A DNA stretch of 64,000 nucleotides from NCBI RefSeq assembly GCF_009914755.1, contig NC_060941.1. One strand, 5' to 3'. The position numbers were made by a program, and so were the translations under genes. The notes beneath the pieces were generated by a model. The model was not told where the DNA came from. It ran no database searches and saw only the letters and a list, made by a program, of their open reading frames with translations. Source of the DNA: the human T2T-CHM13v2.0 reference genome, Homo sapiens. Of the stretch, positions 1 through 19,708 are shown piece by piece (the first letter of the stretch is position 1; every line of letters starts with the position of its first letter).

Positions 1-1416
<1,416 letters not shown>

Positions 1417-1437
1417 GAAACTGAACATTTTTGATAG

Positions 1438-2195
1438 TGCTATGGCTCGGTTATATTTTGTCCTCGTCCAAACTCTTGCTGAAATTTGATCCCCAATGTG
1501 GCAGTGTTGAGAGGTGGGCCTAGTGGGAGATGTTTGGGTCGTGAGGGTGGATTCCTCATGAATATATTCATGCTTTCCCATGGGGGTTAGTGAGTTTTCC
1601 GTCTTGTGGGAATCAATTAGTTCCCATGAAAGCACGTTGTTTAAAATGGTCTGATTTCCTCGATTCCTCTCTCTTGCTCCCCTTCTCGCCATGTGATCTC
1701 TTTGCACATGCTCACTTCCCCCTGGCTTTCTGCCATGAGCTGAAGCAGCCCAAGGTCTCATCAAATAGAGATGCCCAATCTTGAACTCTCTAGCCATCAA
1801 AATCATGAGCCAAATAAACCTATTTTCTTTTTCCTTTCTCTTTTTTGAGACAAGGTCTTGCTCTGTCACCCAGGATGGAATGCAGTGGTGCAATCACAAC
1901 TCACTGTAGCCTTGACCTCCTTGGCTCATGCAATCCTCCCACCTCAGCCTCCTAAGTAGCTGGGACTACAGATGTGAACCACCATGCCTGGCTAGTATTT
2001 TATTTTTTTTGTAGAGATGGAGTCTCACTATGTTTCCCAGACTAGTCTTGAACTCCTGGGCTTAAGCACTGCTCCTGCCTCAGTCTCACAAAGTTCTGGG
2101 GTTATAGGAATGAGCCACTAGGCCCACTATCTTTTTAAAAATAAGCTACCCACCCAGTCTCAGGCATTCTGTCATAGCAATATGACAGACTAAGA
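1438..2195 (+). mobile_element. MaLR LTR (MST-type) interrupted by an antisense AluJ (about 1840-2125)
   Basis: Starts tgctatgg...tgaaatttgatccccaatgtggcagtgttg, ends cagactaagata. Confidence 0.7.
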
Positions 2196-3699
2196 TAGAT
2201 AGTATATTGTAACAACATGGTATGAGATACCCTCCCCCAGGTTTGTTGCTATTGCTGCTTTTTATGTCATTGCTTTCCTGTTTGCTTCTTATGTGCTTAG
2301 TGCCTTTCCTGGACTAATTCTGTAGATTCTATATTCCCTGCAATATGCAGGTCCTGAGTTCTCTGTTAGCATTTTAAAGAAGGGTTATTATTTTCATTTT
2401 TAAGTCTGGTTTCCTAGGGTTCAGTCCTAGGTCAGTATAATTTAGTGGTCAGCCAATAATGATTGGTCTGAAGATTTCCCTAAATGCTTTGTCTGTATAT
2501 CTTTCACCATTTGCCAAGGGGATCTGTAGCTGAAGGCACAGCTTCACACTTCAGGTAGTTTATAAGACAGCCTTAGCTTTCACTTTTTGCTTGTACAGGG
2601 ACTCAGGTTCAGCCAGAGGTGAATGAGTGGGGCCTTCTTCTTTCCAAGGTCTTTCCCAAGCATGCATATGAGTACAGCCTTCTACATCCCCAGGAATATG
2701 TTGGAGCTTTTTAAAGTTCCCTGTGGTTTTCTAGTTCTCAAGAGCTTCCTTTTAAATTTTTATTGCTGTTGGCCAGGCTCTTGTTTGCTGCAACCAGAGT
2801 CACAGACTTAGGCAGCTGAGATATTGCCATCAGATTGCTATTGTTTTTGGCAATGCCCTGGGACAGCTTTTTTGTTGTTGTTGTTGTTTTTGTCCATGAG
2901 CTGAGTTGTGAATCAAATGAAATAGCCACAACATCTTGGGAACAGAGATTTTCCAGGTAGCTGCTAATTTGGACAAAATATTGAGTGTGCTCTAGGCATG
3001 GGGCTTTTAATGGAGCTCCAAAAGAGGTCAGTCATCTCCATTAGCTCCATGTCTGCTGGCTTTTCATGGCTACTGGGCCACCAAGCTGGAGAGGGAGAGA
3101 GGATGGGAATAGCTTCAAGTTAAAATGCCACAGACACCATTGTCTTATTGAAGTTCAGTATTTTTCTCTTGGATGGATGATTTTCAGTTCCTTCTGTGGC
3201 TTTGGTATACTTCCAAAGTTCTGAAATGGTTGATTTGAGTTGTTTTTGCCAGTATTTTTGTTGTTTTTAAGGGATAATGGCTCACCAAGTTCCTCATTTC
3301 ACCATTTTAGAAGGCAATCTCCCTTGATAGCATTTTAAAAAGAGAAGTACCCCAGTAAGATGGGAAATGAATACAAGATGAAGTAATGAGATATGCAAGG
3401 TAAAGGGGAGAAACGTATCTTACAAAAGTATATTGTTACCTAAATTAGCAATCCCTCCTCCTGAAAAATTTATATATCATAGATAATTCAGAAATATAAC
3501 CCGAAACCAGAAGCATGGTAGGGAAGAGGAGTGGGAAACTGTTAGTAGGAAAGTCTAGAGGGTGATGGGAGTATGCCAATGCACTTGTTCTGTTTAAGGA
3601 AGAGTTATTAAGCTTAAAATGCTGTTAAGCTTAAGAAGTTGACAAGGGAAAGAATAAACATAAGTAAGGGTCATAATAAGTTAGGGTCAACAATGAGAA

Positions 3700-8000
<4,301 letters not shown>

Positions 8001-8109
8001 TATGAGTTTTAAGCTTCAAACACTTTGATTTGACTTTGGTTAAAATTGAGTTGGAACCAAAGGTCACGATCACAACTAGAAAACCCTCAGAGGTTAACAC
8101 TTTTGAAAA

Positions 8110-9770
8110 TGCAGAACTTTTAGTTTGTGGTCTGGCATGTTAAGAAACTTGGAAGTAACCACTCTGTCCTAACAAGTAAAAAGCTGAAAAAACTGGAAAA
8201 TCAACAACTCTTCTTAGATCTGTGAGACAAGTGATGTCACAGGATAAACCAGTGCTCCCAAGATTGGAGAGACAGAGAGGTGAATACAGAGAATCAAAAC
8301 ATACGGAAGCAGAAACTCACAAGTAGAAACCGGCATTGTACTTGATGAGTTGCTGGAGGCTCGGCATGGACAAGTCTGAGAGATAAATATTCCAGGGGTA
8401 CCCAGGCATAAGGGGGTCCCTACACTCTGGTGAATTTTACCTCCTGGAGCTCTACCAGGTTCTCACAGTGAATAATTTGAGAAAATTTCCCTCATGCTTC
8501 CATCCTGGGGATGGGAAAAGAAGCTATTTGGAAATACCAATGCATTCCATTCTTTTCAACAAAGCCTTCCTCTAGGAGAAACTATTTAACCAGTCTAACC
8601 TGCTGGGTTTTTATCAGAGCGTAATTAACTTAGGGGAAGGAAAATATCCAATTCCAACCAGCTGTAGCTTCCACATGGAGGAAGGGAAATACTCAACTCT
8701 AATTTCCTCCAACCTTCCATGTGGGAGAAGGAAAACCCTAATTCCAGTTCACTCTAACCATCCTAGTTTACCTAAGGGGAGAGGGGAGCAACTGAGAAGC
8801 ACGTCTGAAGTTCACAGTCTAGGGGCATAGGCTTACTAAAAGACTGAGGCCTACTCATAGGACTATAGAATGCTCTTCTTCCCCCACACCTTACCACCAC
8901 ATTACTAAAGGCTTATGAACAGAAGTTTCTTTTACCCAGTACATTATGTCTGGGGAAAACAAATTACAGGGCATACTAAAAGGCAAAAACAAAATATAGA
9001 GACAGAGAAAGCATCAGAATCTGACTCATGTGACAGGGATGTTGGAATTATCAGATCAGGAATTTAACCCAAATATAATTAATATGCTAAGCGTTCTAAT
9101 GGATAAAGCAGATAACATGCAAGAACAGATGGGCAATTTAAACAAAGAGATAGAAATTCTAAGACAGAACCAAAAACATACACTAGGGATCAAAAACACT
9201 GTAATAGAAATAAAGACCACCCAGATAGGCTCATTAGTATACTGGACACAGCTGAGGAAAGAAACGCTGAGCTTGAGGATATCTCAAAAGAAACTTCCAA
9301 AACTGAAAAGCAAAGTGCAAGGCCGGGTGCGGTGGCTCACGCCTGTAGTCCCAGCACTTTGGGAGGCTGAGGTGGGTGGATCACGAGGTCAGGAGTTCCA
9401 GACCAGCCTGGCCAAGATGGTGAAACCCTGTCTCTACTAAAAATACAAAAATTAGCTGGGCGTGCTGGCAGGTGCCTGTAATCACAGCTACTTGGGAGGC
9501 TTGAGGCAGGAGAATCATTTGAACCCGGGCAGCAGAGGTTGCAGTGAGCCAAGATTGCACCACTGCACTCCAGCCTGGGTGAAAGAGCGAGACCGCATCT
9601 CAAAAAAAAAAAAAAAAAAAAAAAGCAAAGTGCAAAGAGACTAAAAAAGAAAAACCAAACAGAGCATCCTAGGACTGTGGGATAGCTACAAAAGCTATTC
9701 ATATAAATACATGTAATGAGAATACAGGAGAAGAAAAAAAGAAAAGAACAGAGGAAACATTTGAAACCTT
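8110..9770 (+). mobile_element. L1MC/MD-type 5' region and ORF1 remnant with an Alu (9321-9623; TSD aaaagcaaagtgcaa)
   Basis: ORF 9030 (MLELSDQEF...QEQMGNLNKEIEILR) resembles the L1 ORF1p coiled coil. Confidence 0.7.
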
Positions 9771-10735
9771 TTAAAGGCTGAATGATATTCCTTTGTATGT
9801 ATATACCACACTTTTTATCCATTCATCTGTTGATAGGCACTTGGGTTACTTCCACATTTTGGCTACTGTGAATAATCCTGCTATGAACATGCATGTACAA
9901 ATATCTCTTCAAGACCTTGCCTTCCATTCTTTTGGGTATATATTCAGGAATGGGAATGCTAGATCATATGGTAATTCTATTTTTAATTTTTTTTAGCAAG
10001 AACCCTACAGTTTTCTATAGTGGTTGCACTATTTTACTTTCCCATCAACAGTTCATAGTGTTCTAATTTCTCCATCCTTGTCAACACTTATTATTATTAT
10101 TATTATTTTTTGAGACACAGTTTCATTCCGTCACCCAGGCTGGAGTGCAGTGGTCCAATCTCTGCTCACTGCAAACTCTGCCTCCTAGGTTCAAGTGATT
10201 CTGCTGCCTCAGCCTCCTGAGTAGCTGGGATTACAGGTGTGTGCCACCAGGCCCAGCTAATTTTTGTATTATTAGTAAAGACTGGGTTTCACCATGTTGG
10301 CCAGGTGAACTCCTGACCTCAAGGGATCAGCCCAACTTGGCCTCCCAAAGTGCTGGGATTACAAGCCAGCCACAGTGCCTGGCCTGTTTTTTTTTTGTTG
10401 TTGTTGTTCGTTTTTTGTTTGTTTTTCATAGCAGCCATCCTAATGAGTGTGAGAGATGGTATCTCATTGTGGTTTTGGTTTGCATGTCCCTAATGATTAG
10501 TGATGTTGGGCATCTTTTCATGAGCTTGCTGGTCTTTTGTATATTTTCTTTAGAGAAATGTCTATTTAAGTACTTTGCCCATTTAAAAATCAGGTTGTTT
10601 GTTTTTTTGTTGTTGAGTTTTAAGAGTTCTTCATATATTCTGCATATTAACACCTTATCAGATGTATGATTTGCTAATATTTTCTCCCATTCCATAGGTT
10701 GCCTCTTCACTTCTGTTGATTTTGTCCTTTGATGC
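9770..10735 (-). mobile_element. L1 (MA/MB-like) ORF2 3' part with an antisense Alu (about 10090-10384)
   Basis: ORF 10426-10710 ([18 protein letters not shown]...TTMRYHL) is the L1 ORF2 C-terminus. Confidence 0.85.
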
Positions 10736-12932
10736 TAGACCTTTGTCATCCACATCTTTGTCATCCACATCTGAACCCCATCTCTCGTTTCCATTGGTGG
10801 TAGTCGTGGTGGTGGTGGGCCTCAGTATGACTGCAGTAATGGTACCTGGTGCGTCTTCTTTCCAAGACTGCCCTTACTTAGTTTCTTTTGTTTGCAATGA
10901 GACAAAGATTTCTGAGCACCAAATGACAAAGAAGAGTTAAGTTTTTAAAAGCAATTGTTTTCTTCTTGAAATGTTTCTTTAGTTCCTGTTCAAGACAATG
11001 CTAAGCAAAATTCAGATATCACCACACAACCTCTGGTCTTCTGTGGAAGGCAAGACTTCTTCAAATATCCAAACACCTTGAGCCCCTGAGTTGGTCTGAC
11101 TCGCTAGTCCCAGGGACAGACACAGTGAGGTTTATTTGCTGCTGACAGCCAAGCTCCAAGGCAAGATGGGACAGCTATTGTCATGGGGGGAGACATTCAG
11201 ATCCCTCTTATGACTTGCCATAAAAATGATGGGCCTCTGGTGGGATCCATTCCCAACTCTCTTACCTCATTTCAGGTAGGTTCAGTGGTGACATCCAATC
11301 ATAGCTCTCTTACCTAACTCACCTCTCCAAGGGCAAGCTTCTCACTATTCTCTAATCAAAATTTAGAAAACCTGCCAGTACAACCTTGGAGAAGAGGGGC
11401 TTTAGCCAAAAGCAGGTGCTATATTCTCTCCTTCCTGGAAGTGTCATCTCTTTTCTGGGCTAAGAGCACACAGATTTTGATGTAATTTGCCAAGAACAAT
11501 AGGAAGAAGCACTGTTTCTGGATGCCACATGCTTCCTGAAAGAGGAAAATTGTAACATGTTGATATGATAGTGGAGGGTCTTGGAATTTTCTTGGAATCT
11601 TCTCATCTCTTCCATGGTGACAGAGATCCAGTGAGTGCCTGGTGAGATAGGACTTATTTGTAAATCCTTGTGAGCCTCTCTCTGCAGGCACTGGAATATA
11701 CACTGATGAGATTTGGGCAGCCAGGCTTGGAAGGGGATGGGGCTGAGGAGCAGGAGGTGAGGGTCTGTGAAATTGGTTTTATTATTGTGACTCTGACCTC
11801 AGGTGGTCCCTCGGCAGCCCTAGGAAACTCAAAAAGTACATGCAGCTATTTATCCTGTTTCTTCACATTTACACTGATCAAGACAAAAGTAGCATCAGGG
11901 TCGTCCATATCCTCAGGAAAGGCTGCCAGAGGCTGTCTGGGCTGGCCAGGCTGATCTGCCAATTCCACTGGAAGCCTTTGCAGCTGCTCCCTTTTCCCAG
12001 ACCCTGGCCTCGCCTCCTGTCTCTCACAAAGCCAGCTCAGCAGCAGCACCTGATCCTCGGGGTTTTCTGTAATTCCAAGCTCCAAGAACTAAAGGGCCTT
12101 CAGGTTGCCGGCCTCATCCTGAGCTGCAGCTTTGGGAAGGGAATAGGGACCAGGTTTGCCCAATGAAGAGGGACGCTAGTTTTCCCTTGTGTTTGGCGCT
12201 CCCTGGTGGAGAGCTTCGGAACCCCTGGTCGAATCCTCTCCCTTCCTGTCCCGGTTTGCTTTCAGAAGTCCTCTTCAGTCCCCGCTTACAGCCATTCCAC
12301 CCCCGTGTGGAGGCAGAAAATAGCTTTCCAGTCCCAAGAGCGTGGCCTGCCCCTTGCAAAGGGCAGAGGGGATGCAAGTGTCCAAAACTGCAGCCTATGG
12401 GGGTCGACATGAACAAAGCTAAAGGGAACGTTGAGTGCCAATAGGAAGGTGCCCCGCCCTGAAGGTGCCTACCCAGACCTCTGCCTTCCGCAGTAGCCCC
12501 CCATGCTGCAGGCCTCGACCAGACACCAAGTTCCAGTCACCACAGATTGCCCCCTCTGGCTCATCCCACCACTCCCTAGACCCTGGCTTTGAGGGCAGAT
12601 CGATTGGCCTATAGGGCTGGTGTCTTGGCTCAATGTGGTCCTTCTGCACACAGACCAGGAACTTTCTGCCAGGTTCTGGGGAAGGAGATGAACCTTCATT
12701 CCAGGCCCCAGCATCTCTCGGGTTCCAGAATGCTATGCTATTCTGCAGGGTGAGAAGGGCTGGTGTGCCCTTGGCCCAAAGGAGGGAATCACGTCAAGGC
12801 CGAGAGGCACAAACTTAGAAGGTCACAGAGACCAAGGCCCTCATTTTTCAGACATGGGAGCTGAGACCCAGTGGGGTAAGTGACTTGCCCAGGGGTCATA
12901 TTTTAAGTTTTACTTCTGTAGCAGATGACAAC

Positions 12933-13335
12933 TGTCTTAGTCCGTTTTCTGTTGCTTATAATGGAATACCTGAAACTGGGTAATTTAGAAAGAAAAGGAA
13001 TTTAGTTCTTAAAGTTACGGAGGCTGAGAAGTCCAAGGTGAAGGGGCCACATCTGGTGAGGGCCTTCAGGCTGAGGACTCTCTGCAGAGTCCCGAAGTGT
13101 TGCAGGGCCTCACGTGGCGAGGGGGCTAGGCATGCTAGCTCAGGTCTCTCTCTTTATAAAGCCACCTGCCCCACTCCTATAATAACCCATTAATTCATTA
13201 ACCCATTCACTTATCCATGATGGCAGCATCCTCATGAACCATTCACCTCTTAAAGGTCCCACCTCTCAATACTGTCACATAGAGGATTAAATTTCAACAT
13301 GAGTTTTGGAGGGGACAAATATTCAAACCACAGCA
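12933..13335 (-). mobile_element. MaLR solo LTR (MST/MLT1A-like)
   Basis: tgtcttagtccgttttctgttgct ... ggggacaaatattcaaaccacagca termini. Confidence 0.8.
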
Positions 13336-13586
13336 ACACCTCACCAGTCACGTTTCTGTCGTGCACCGCAGGCTCCCAGGATTGGAAAGAACTTCAGTCC
13401 AGTGGAGCCTCATGTCTCCAAGCCATTTCACAGCCAGGCTAGCAAAAAGATAAAGGTTTCATGAACATGGCTGTGGAAAGCCAGTGGATGCTGAGCATGC
13501 CTTCTGCTTTGCTCCACATCACAAACATCACCAAGTGGCAGGGCTTCTGGTCTCAGTGACAGTCAGCAATTGTAGAAGGAAGCTAG

Positions 13587-13943
<357 letters not shown>

Positions 13944-16900
13944 TGTATTGTCTATAATTCTTATGATCTGAGCTTTGGTTTCAGGTTTTGGATGGATGGC
14001 TTCATGGGCTCCCGGGCTCTGCCATTTCTGCAGAATTTCCTCCTCATCACATGGGTTCAAAATTACAAAATCATCCACGATCCTTGATACTCCTTCTTCG
14101 TTGATCCCCGCGGCCCCATTATCCAATAAACAACCAAGGGCTGTCTTGTTGATTCCACTTTTGAAATTCCAATACACATACTATGTTGTCATTTGATTCT
14201 CATACCTTTTGGGATGCAGCCTCTTCTTGCCTGGAATGTTGTGGTGGTCTGTCCAAAACAAATGTCTCAGCACCCATAATCTCCACCAACTCAGACTCAT
14301 TGTTCACTTCGCAACAGGCAAGAGTTAAAAGCTTTCAGTCCTCTCCATTGGCTAGTCAAATCTTCTCTTCTAGAGGCCCCATAGTCTTCAGAGGAACAAC
14401 CGTGGATTTCTAGCAGCCAGATATGGGTTCAAACCATGGCTCTACCATCTAATAGTCGCAACCATGGGCAACTAAGTCAGTTGACCTTTCTGAGCCTTGG
14501 TTTCCCCTACTGTAAATTGAGATTAGTATGAGGATTATGAGTATTGCTGTGTGCAGGTGTGAGGCATAAAGAGCAGAAGCAAATTTCAACCAGTGTGAGT
14601 TCTGTTTCCCTTAGATTGAGGCTTAGGAAGTTCACAATCTGTTCCAACACTTCTTTCCAACTTTATTTTCCATGAATCTCCTGTGAAATCTACACGCGTA
14701 TCTGGTGTGTTATCTCTATTGTGCCCCTATCCCTGATCATTGCTCCCCTGCTAGGAAGAGCCTCTTCACTTGCCTGAGTTGGTTGAATGTAGCAGTTGGG
14801 AGGACGGACTCTGTGGTCAGATAGATCTAGTTTCGAATTTTAACCTTTCTGAACCTTAGTCAAGTCACCTGTACAATGAGGCCATACTAATATCTTATTT
14901 CATAAATTTGATGGTCTGACTTAATGAGATAAGCTTTGTCCACCTCTTATTAGCCCGACGCACAAGATTCCTGCTAGTCTGGGTGTGGGAGCCCAGATTT
15001 GTCCCTGGCATCAACTCTATTGGGTTGAAAAGATCATCCAGAAAACTACAAATGGCATTTTTCAAAGGGTCTTCTAGGGAACACTAGTTCTGAAAGATCG
15101 TGATTAGTGTTACATGCGAAGAAGGCTGTGACACCACATAAGGGGAATTATAGGTCAAAGAGAGAGAAACAAGTTTGTTGACTGCAGGCTTTTGAGAGTC
15201 TTTAATTGCTAACAGGTATTGCAAGTTTCTAAAAGGTGACAATAATTAACATCATTTTCCAAAGTTGTTTGACCACAGACAGAATCCTTATGTAATGCTC
15301 TCCCCAACCCTCCACACCACTAGGATTGCATGTTCTGCAAAACTCAGTTGGGAAATAGTGGTCTAAGTAAACCTGAGCATGATGGTTAATGGCTCATTCA
15401 ATATTTACATTCCTCTTAGCTGGAACCAAGACATGTCAGAGGGTCAAACTCAATATCTTTAACAGCTACAAGATCAGGAGCTGAGAATTGTATTTACTTT
15501 TGATTCTGTAAAGCTTAACTGACCTACTGGTAAAGTAGGTAATAGAGTGAAAGTCACAGCTTGAAGTCTAAGACTTTACGACCCAGTCCTTCCTCCATAC
15601 GCCGGCTTATTTCATAAACTCCATGAGGGTCTTTTCAGAAGGTCCCTGCGCTCAGCTGTCCTGTCTGCCCAGAGAGAAATGCTCACTATTTAAACTTCTC
15701 ACTTGACATTTACGTTGTCCTGTCCCATTCTGTTTGTGGACATGGTTTTGTGGTTCGGCCTTTCCTTCTAAATTGTCAGTATTGTTCCCAGGCAGGCTTT
15801 GTCATAGAAACAAAGTGCAGTTCAAGGTTTCACATCTGCACAAATAGGCAGGGTGGGTAGCATCGGCCTCATATCCAAGGGAGAGAGTCCGTTGAGTGTT
15901 ACTCCGATCGGACGGGGGGGGTAGTTCACATGTGCATCCCCAAACAATGATTGCGGCCCTGTGAACAAAATGTGCAGAATGGCATAAAGCCATTGGGAGG
16001 TGACATTAATTACCCCGGGAAGATGTGGGAGGCATCTGGTGACGTTATGCAGGAGGGAGTGGTAGACGCGTTCCTAAAGACTCACCCAGCACCCTGAAGG
16101 ATCACAGCCTTGCTCAGTACATACTTATGAAGGAAGGGTGACCTGAAGAACGCTTGAGCCCAGGGCCTTCACTCTGAACTTACTTCCCTCTATCACAGCC
16201 TCTGACTCTGCAACACCTCACCCCAGGGTGCCGCCAGCATAAAGACAGAAGCCTGCAGGGCTCAACAAGGAGAAGGGGCAAAGTGAAGAGAATTCGGGAA
16301 GCTCGTGACAGCAAAATCACAGGTCATGGAGTAAAGGGAAGACGAAATTAGAAAGGAGGTTTCCTAATTTGGGACATTGGGAAGATATCTGGCAGAAAAT
16401 CTGCCTCAAGCAGGTTCATCTGTTTAATTAACCTGAGGCCAGTGACTGTTTTGTTGTTGTTGTTGTTTTATCCATGAAATGTGACCAGCATGAAAAATCT
16501 GATATGCATATTTCAGAGGACAGCCCCTGTGACATTCGTCAGCTTATTAAAGGAAACAATATGCCCTAAAACGTGAAAAGCCACTTCCTTGAAACCAAGT
16601 CGAGGGGGAATGGTAAACCAAAGTTAGCAGAAATAGAAAAGTAGGGTGTTGGTCAGGAAAGACTTCCTATAGAGATGTGCCTGTCAGAAAGATTACTATT
16701 CCCATCCCGCATGCTGGAGACCCATGTGGCAAACAGTGTGGCAGGGACAGACTTTGTTTAAACGAAGGAATTTGCACTGAAGATCATCTTCCGCATTTTT
16801 ATAAACTTTGAAAGCAGTCAGTGGTCTCAGCATTTTCCTACAAAGGCCATATCCCCACGCGTACATTTGAATTCTCAAAAGCTCTTTCTCCAAAAGCATT

Positions 16901-17189
16901 GCTAATAAAAAATGTAAAAAAAAAGAATTGTCAAAGGGGCCTCTAGAGATCATTTGACTTGGTTCAATATCTTTAGGCTTGTGAGTATGTAAAACTATCC
17001 AAGACACAAAGTTATCAAGTCTTTTTGTTTTGTTCTGTTTTTTTTTTCCTCCCATTAAAGCATTCTAGAAACAAAGACCACTGCTCTGAAGCATTTACTA
17101 TTCTGATAGGTAATGTGCTCTTATAGTCACCTGAGGCTGTTGTTATTCTTGTGTACTTCTATGCTGCTGATTAATTTTCAAAAGCACGG

Positions 17190-18000
17190 TACAGAGAAAG
17201 GGTGCTCAACATTACTAGTTATTAGGGACATGAGAATTAAAATCACAGTGAGATACAGTCTGTCCTCTGTATCTGTGGGCTCCGTACCTGCTGATTCAAC
17301 CAACCATGGATCAAAAATAATCCAAACAACAACAAAAATAATACAGATGCAAAAGTAGGGAATAACAACTACTTACATAGCATTTACATTATATTAGGTA
17401 TTTTAAATAATCTAGAAATGATTTAAAGTATATAAGATGATGTGCATAAGTTATATGCAAATACTATGCCATTATATAGAAGGGACTTGAGCATCCTTGG
17501 ATTTGGTATCTGTAGGAGGTGGTCTTGGAACCAATTCCCCAAGGATACCAAGAAACAACTCTACTACTACATGCCTGTTAGAACGGTTAAAATTAAAGAG
17601 ATTGATTTTACTGAGTGTTGGTGAGGGTGTAGAGAAGCTGGAACTCTCATGCCCTGCTGGTGGGAATGTAAAATGGCACAACCACTTTGGGAAACTATTA
17701 GCAGTTCTTTAAAAGTTAAACATATGTCTACCATATGATTTGGTCAATCCACTCCTTGGTATTTACCCAAGAGAAATGAAAGCGTGTGTTCACACAAAGA
17801 CTTAGATATGAATATTCATAAAAGTTTTATTTGTAATCATCAAAAACTGAAAGCAATTACATGTTTGGAATTGAAATGTATGGTAATATAATACAATATA
17901 AATGAATGGATAAATCGTGGTATATCCATGCAATGGAATACTACTCAGCAATGAAAAGGAAGAAACTATTAATGCACTTAAGATCATTGCTGATTTTCAA
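17190..18000 (+). mobile_element. L1M 3' region with a nested MER2/Tigger-type DNA transposon (about 17255-17560)
   Basis: L1 3'-end motifs (gctggtgggaatgtaaaatgg, atccatgcaatggaatactactcagc); cagtctgtcctctgtatctgtggg...gattcaaccaacc is MER2-like. Confidence 0.65.
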
Positions 18001-18011
18001 ATTAATTATCC

Positions 18012-18735
18012 TGTGTAATAAAGAATTTGGCCTTTGTCCCCAGTTCCTGGGAGATAGGCTCTAAATCCTTGGAATTTTCCAAGTCGAAGAGTGTCTTTTT
18101 TACTGGTGGTTGGCCTGTCAACCACACTTGAGTTTATGCTAATGAGGTGACTCATGATGGGACCTTACACAATTTATGCTAATGGAATGACTCAAGATGG
18201 GGGCTGGCCATGCCAGAAAAACCAACCATGTATTTAGAAGGTTGGGGCTTTGAGCTTTTGATATAGGCCTGACTTCTGGGGAGAGGAGCAGGGCTGAAGA
18301 TTGAGTCATAGGCCAGTGATCCAATGAGTCATGCCTATGTGATGAAGCCCCTAATAAAAACAATGGATATCAAAGCTCGGGTGAGTCTGACTGCTTGGCT
18401 ACGCTCAGTGTCTTGTCTCACATCAGTGTGCTGGAAGGGTCCTTTGTCCTGACTCCACAAGGAGAAGACATGGAAGCTTCATGTTTGGGACACTCCCAGT
18501 CCTTGCCCTGTGCATCTCTTCTTTTGGCTGGTTCTGATTTTGAAAACTTTGGCTACAATAAAACTGTAATAATAAGTGTAGTTCTTTCGTGGGTCTTGTG
18601 GGGTTTTCTAGTGAATTACCAAACCTGAGAGGGGAGTGGGAAGCCCCCAAAATTGTGACTGCATCTGAAGTGGGAGCAGTCTTGAGCCCTTAACCTTGAG
18701 CCTAGCTCCTGGTAGTTGTTGTCAGAAGTCATTGC
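18012..18735. mobile_element. LTR (MER21-like)
   Basis: Begins tgtgtaataaagaatttggcctttgtcccc; ttatgctaatgaggtgactc motifs. Confidence 0.6.
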
Positions 18736-19238
18736 AATTATGCTGAGTAAAAAAAGTCAGAATAAAAGAGGACATACTATAGTCTTTAAAAATGCAAATT
18801 AACACACAGTGACAGAAAGTAGATCAGTGGTTGCCCGGGACCAAAATGGAGCACGCTACGGAGGAGGGATTATAAAGGGCAGGAGGCATTTCACCGGTGT
18901 TTGAATATGTGCAGTTTATTATATGTTAATACCTCAATAAAGCTACTTAAAAAAAAAAAGCTCAGTGTGGCCTCTTATGACCCTGACCAGAGCCCTCCAT
19001 GGCTTATCCAAAGTCTACAGGATCAAGGCCTTTCATGACCTGGTCCCATCTGTCTTTCCAGCCTTGCATTTAAGCACCATCCTACACAAATCCTTCGCTT
19101 TAGCCAAACTGTATGTCTTGCTACCCTCCAAGTATTCTTCATGCTTTTTCCACCTCTGCAGCTTTGTTTATATAGTCATAGAATGCCCTCTCCTAGGTTA
19201 CCACCCTCACTTTACCTGTTAAAAGTTTACCTACCCTA

Positions 19239-19576
<338 letters not shown>

Positions 19577-19708
19577 CTATCCTTGAAGACTTAGACTTAA
19601 ATATAATCTCCACAAAACCTTATTTGAGTTATTGAGTCAGAAATGTTCTCTTTCTTAAACTCTAGTAATACTTTTTCTGCAGCATCTCCCACACTGTCCT
19701 GTGCTTCC

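Noticed and set aside
17131-17166. Possible mini-exon (CAG...GTGACT) just upstream of the 16.9-kb fossil exon
   Set aside because: Poor pyrimidine tract and no clean frame join; too weak to include in the model.
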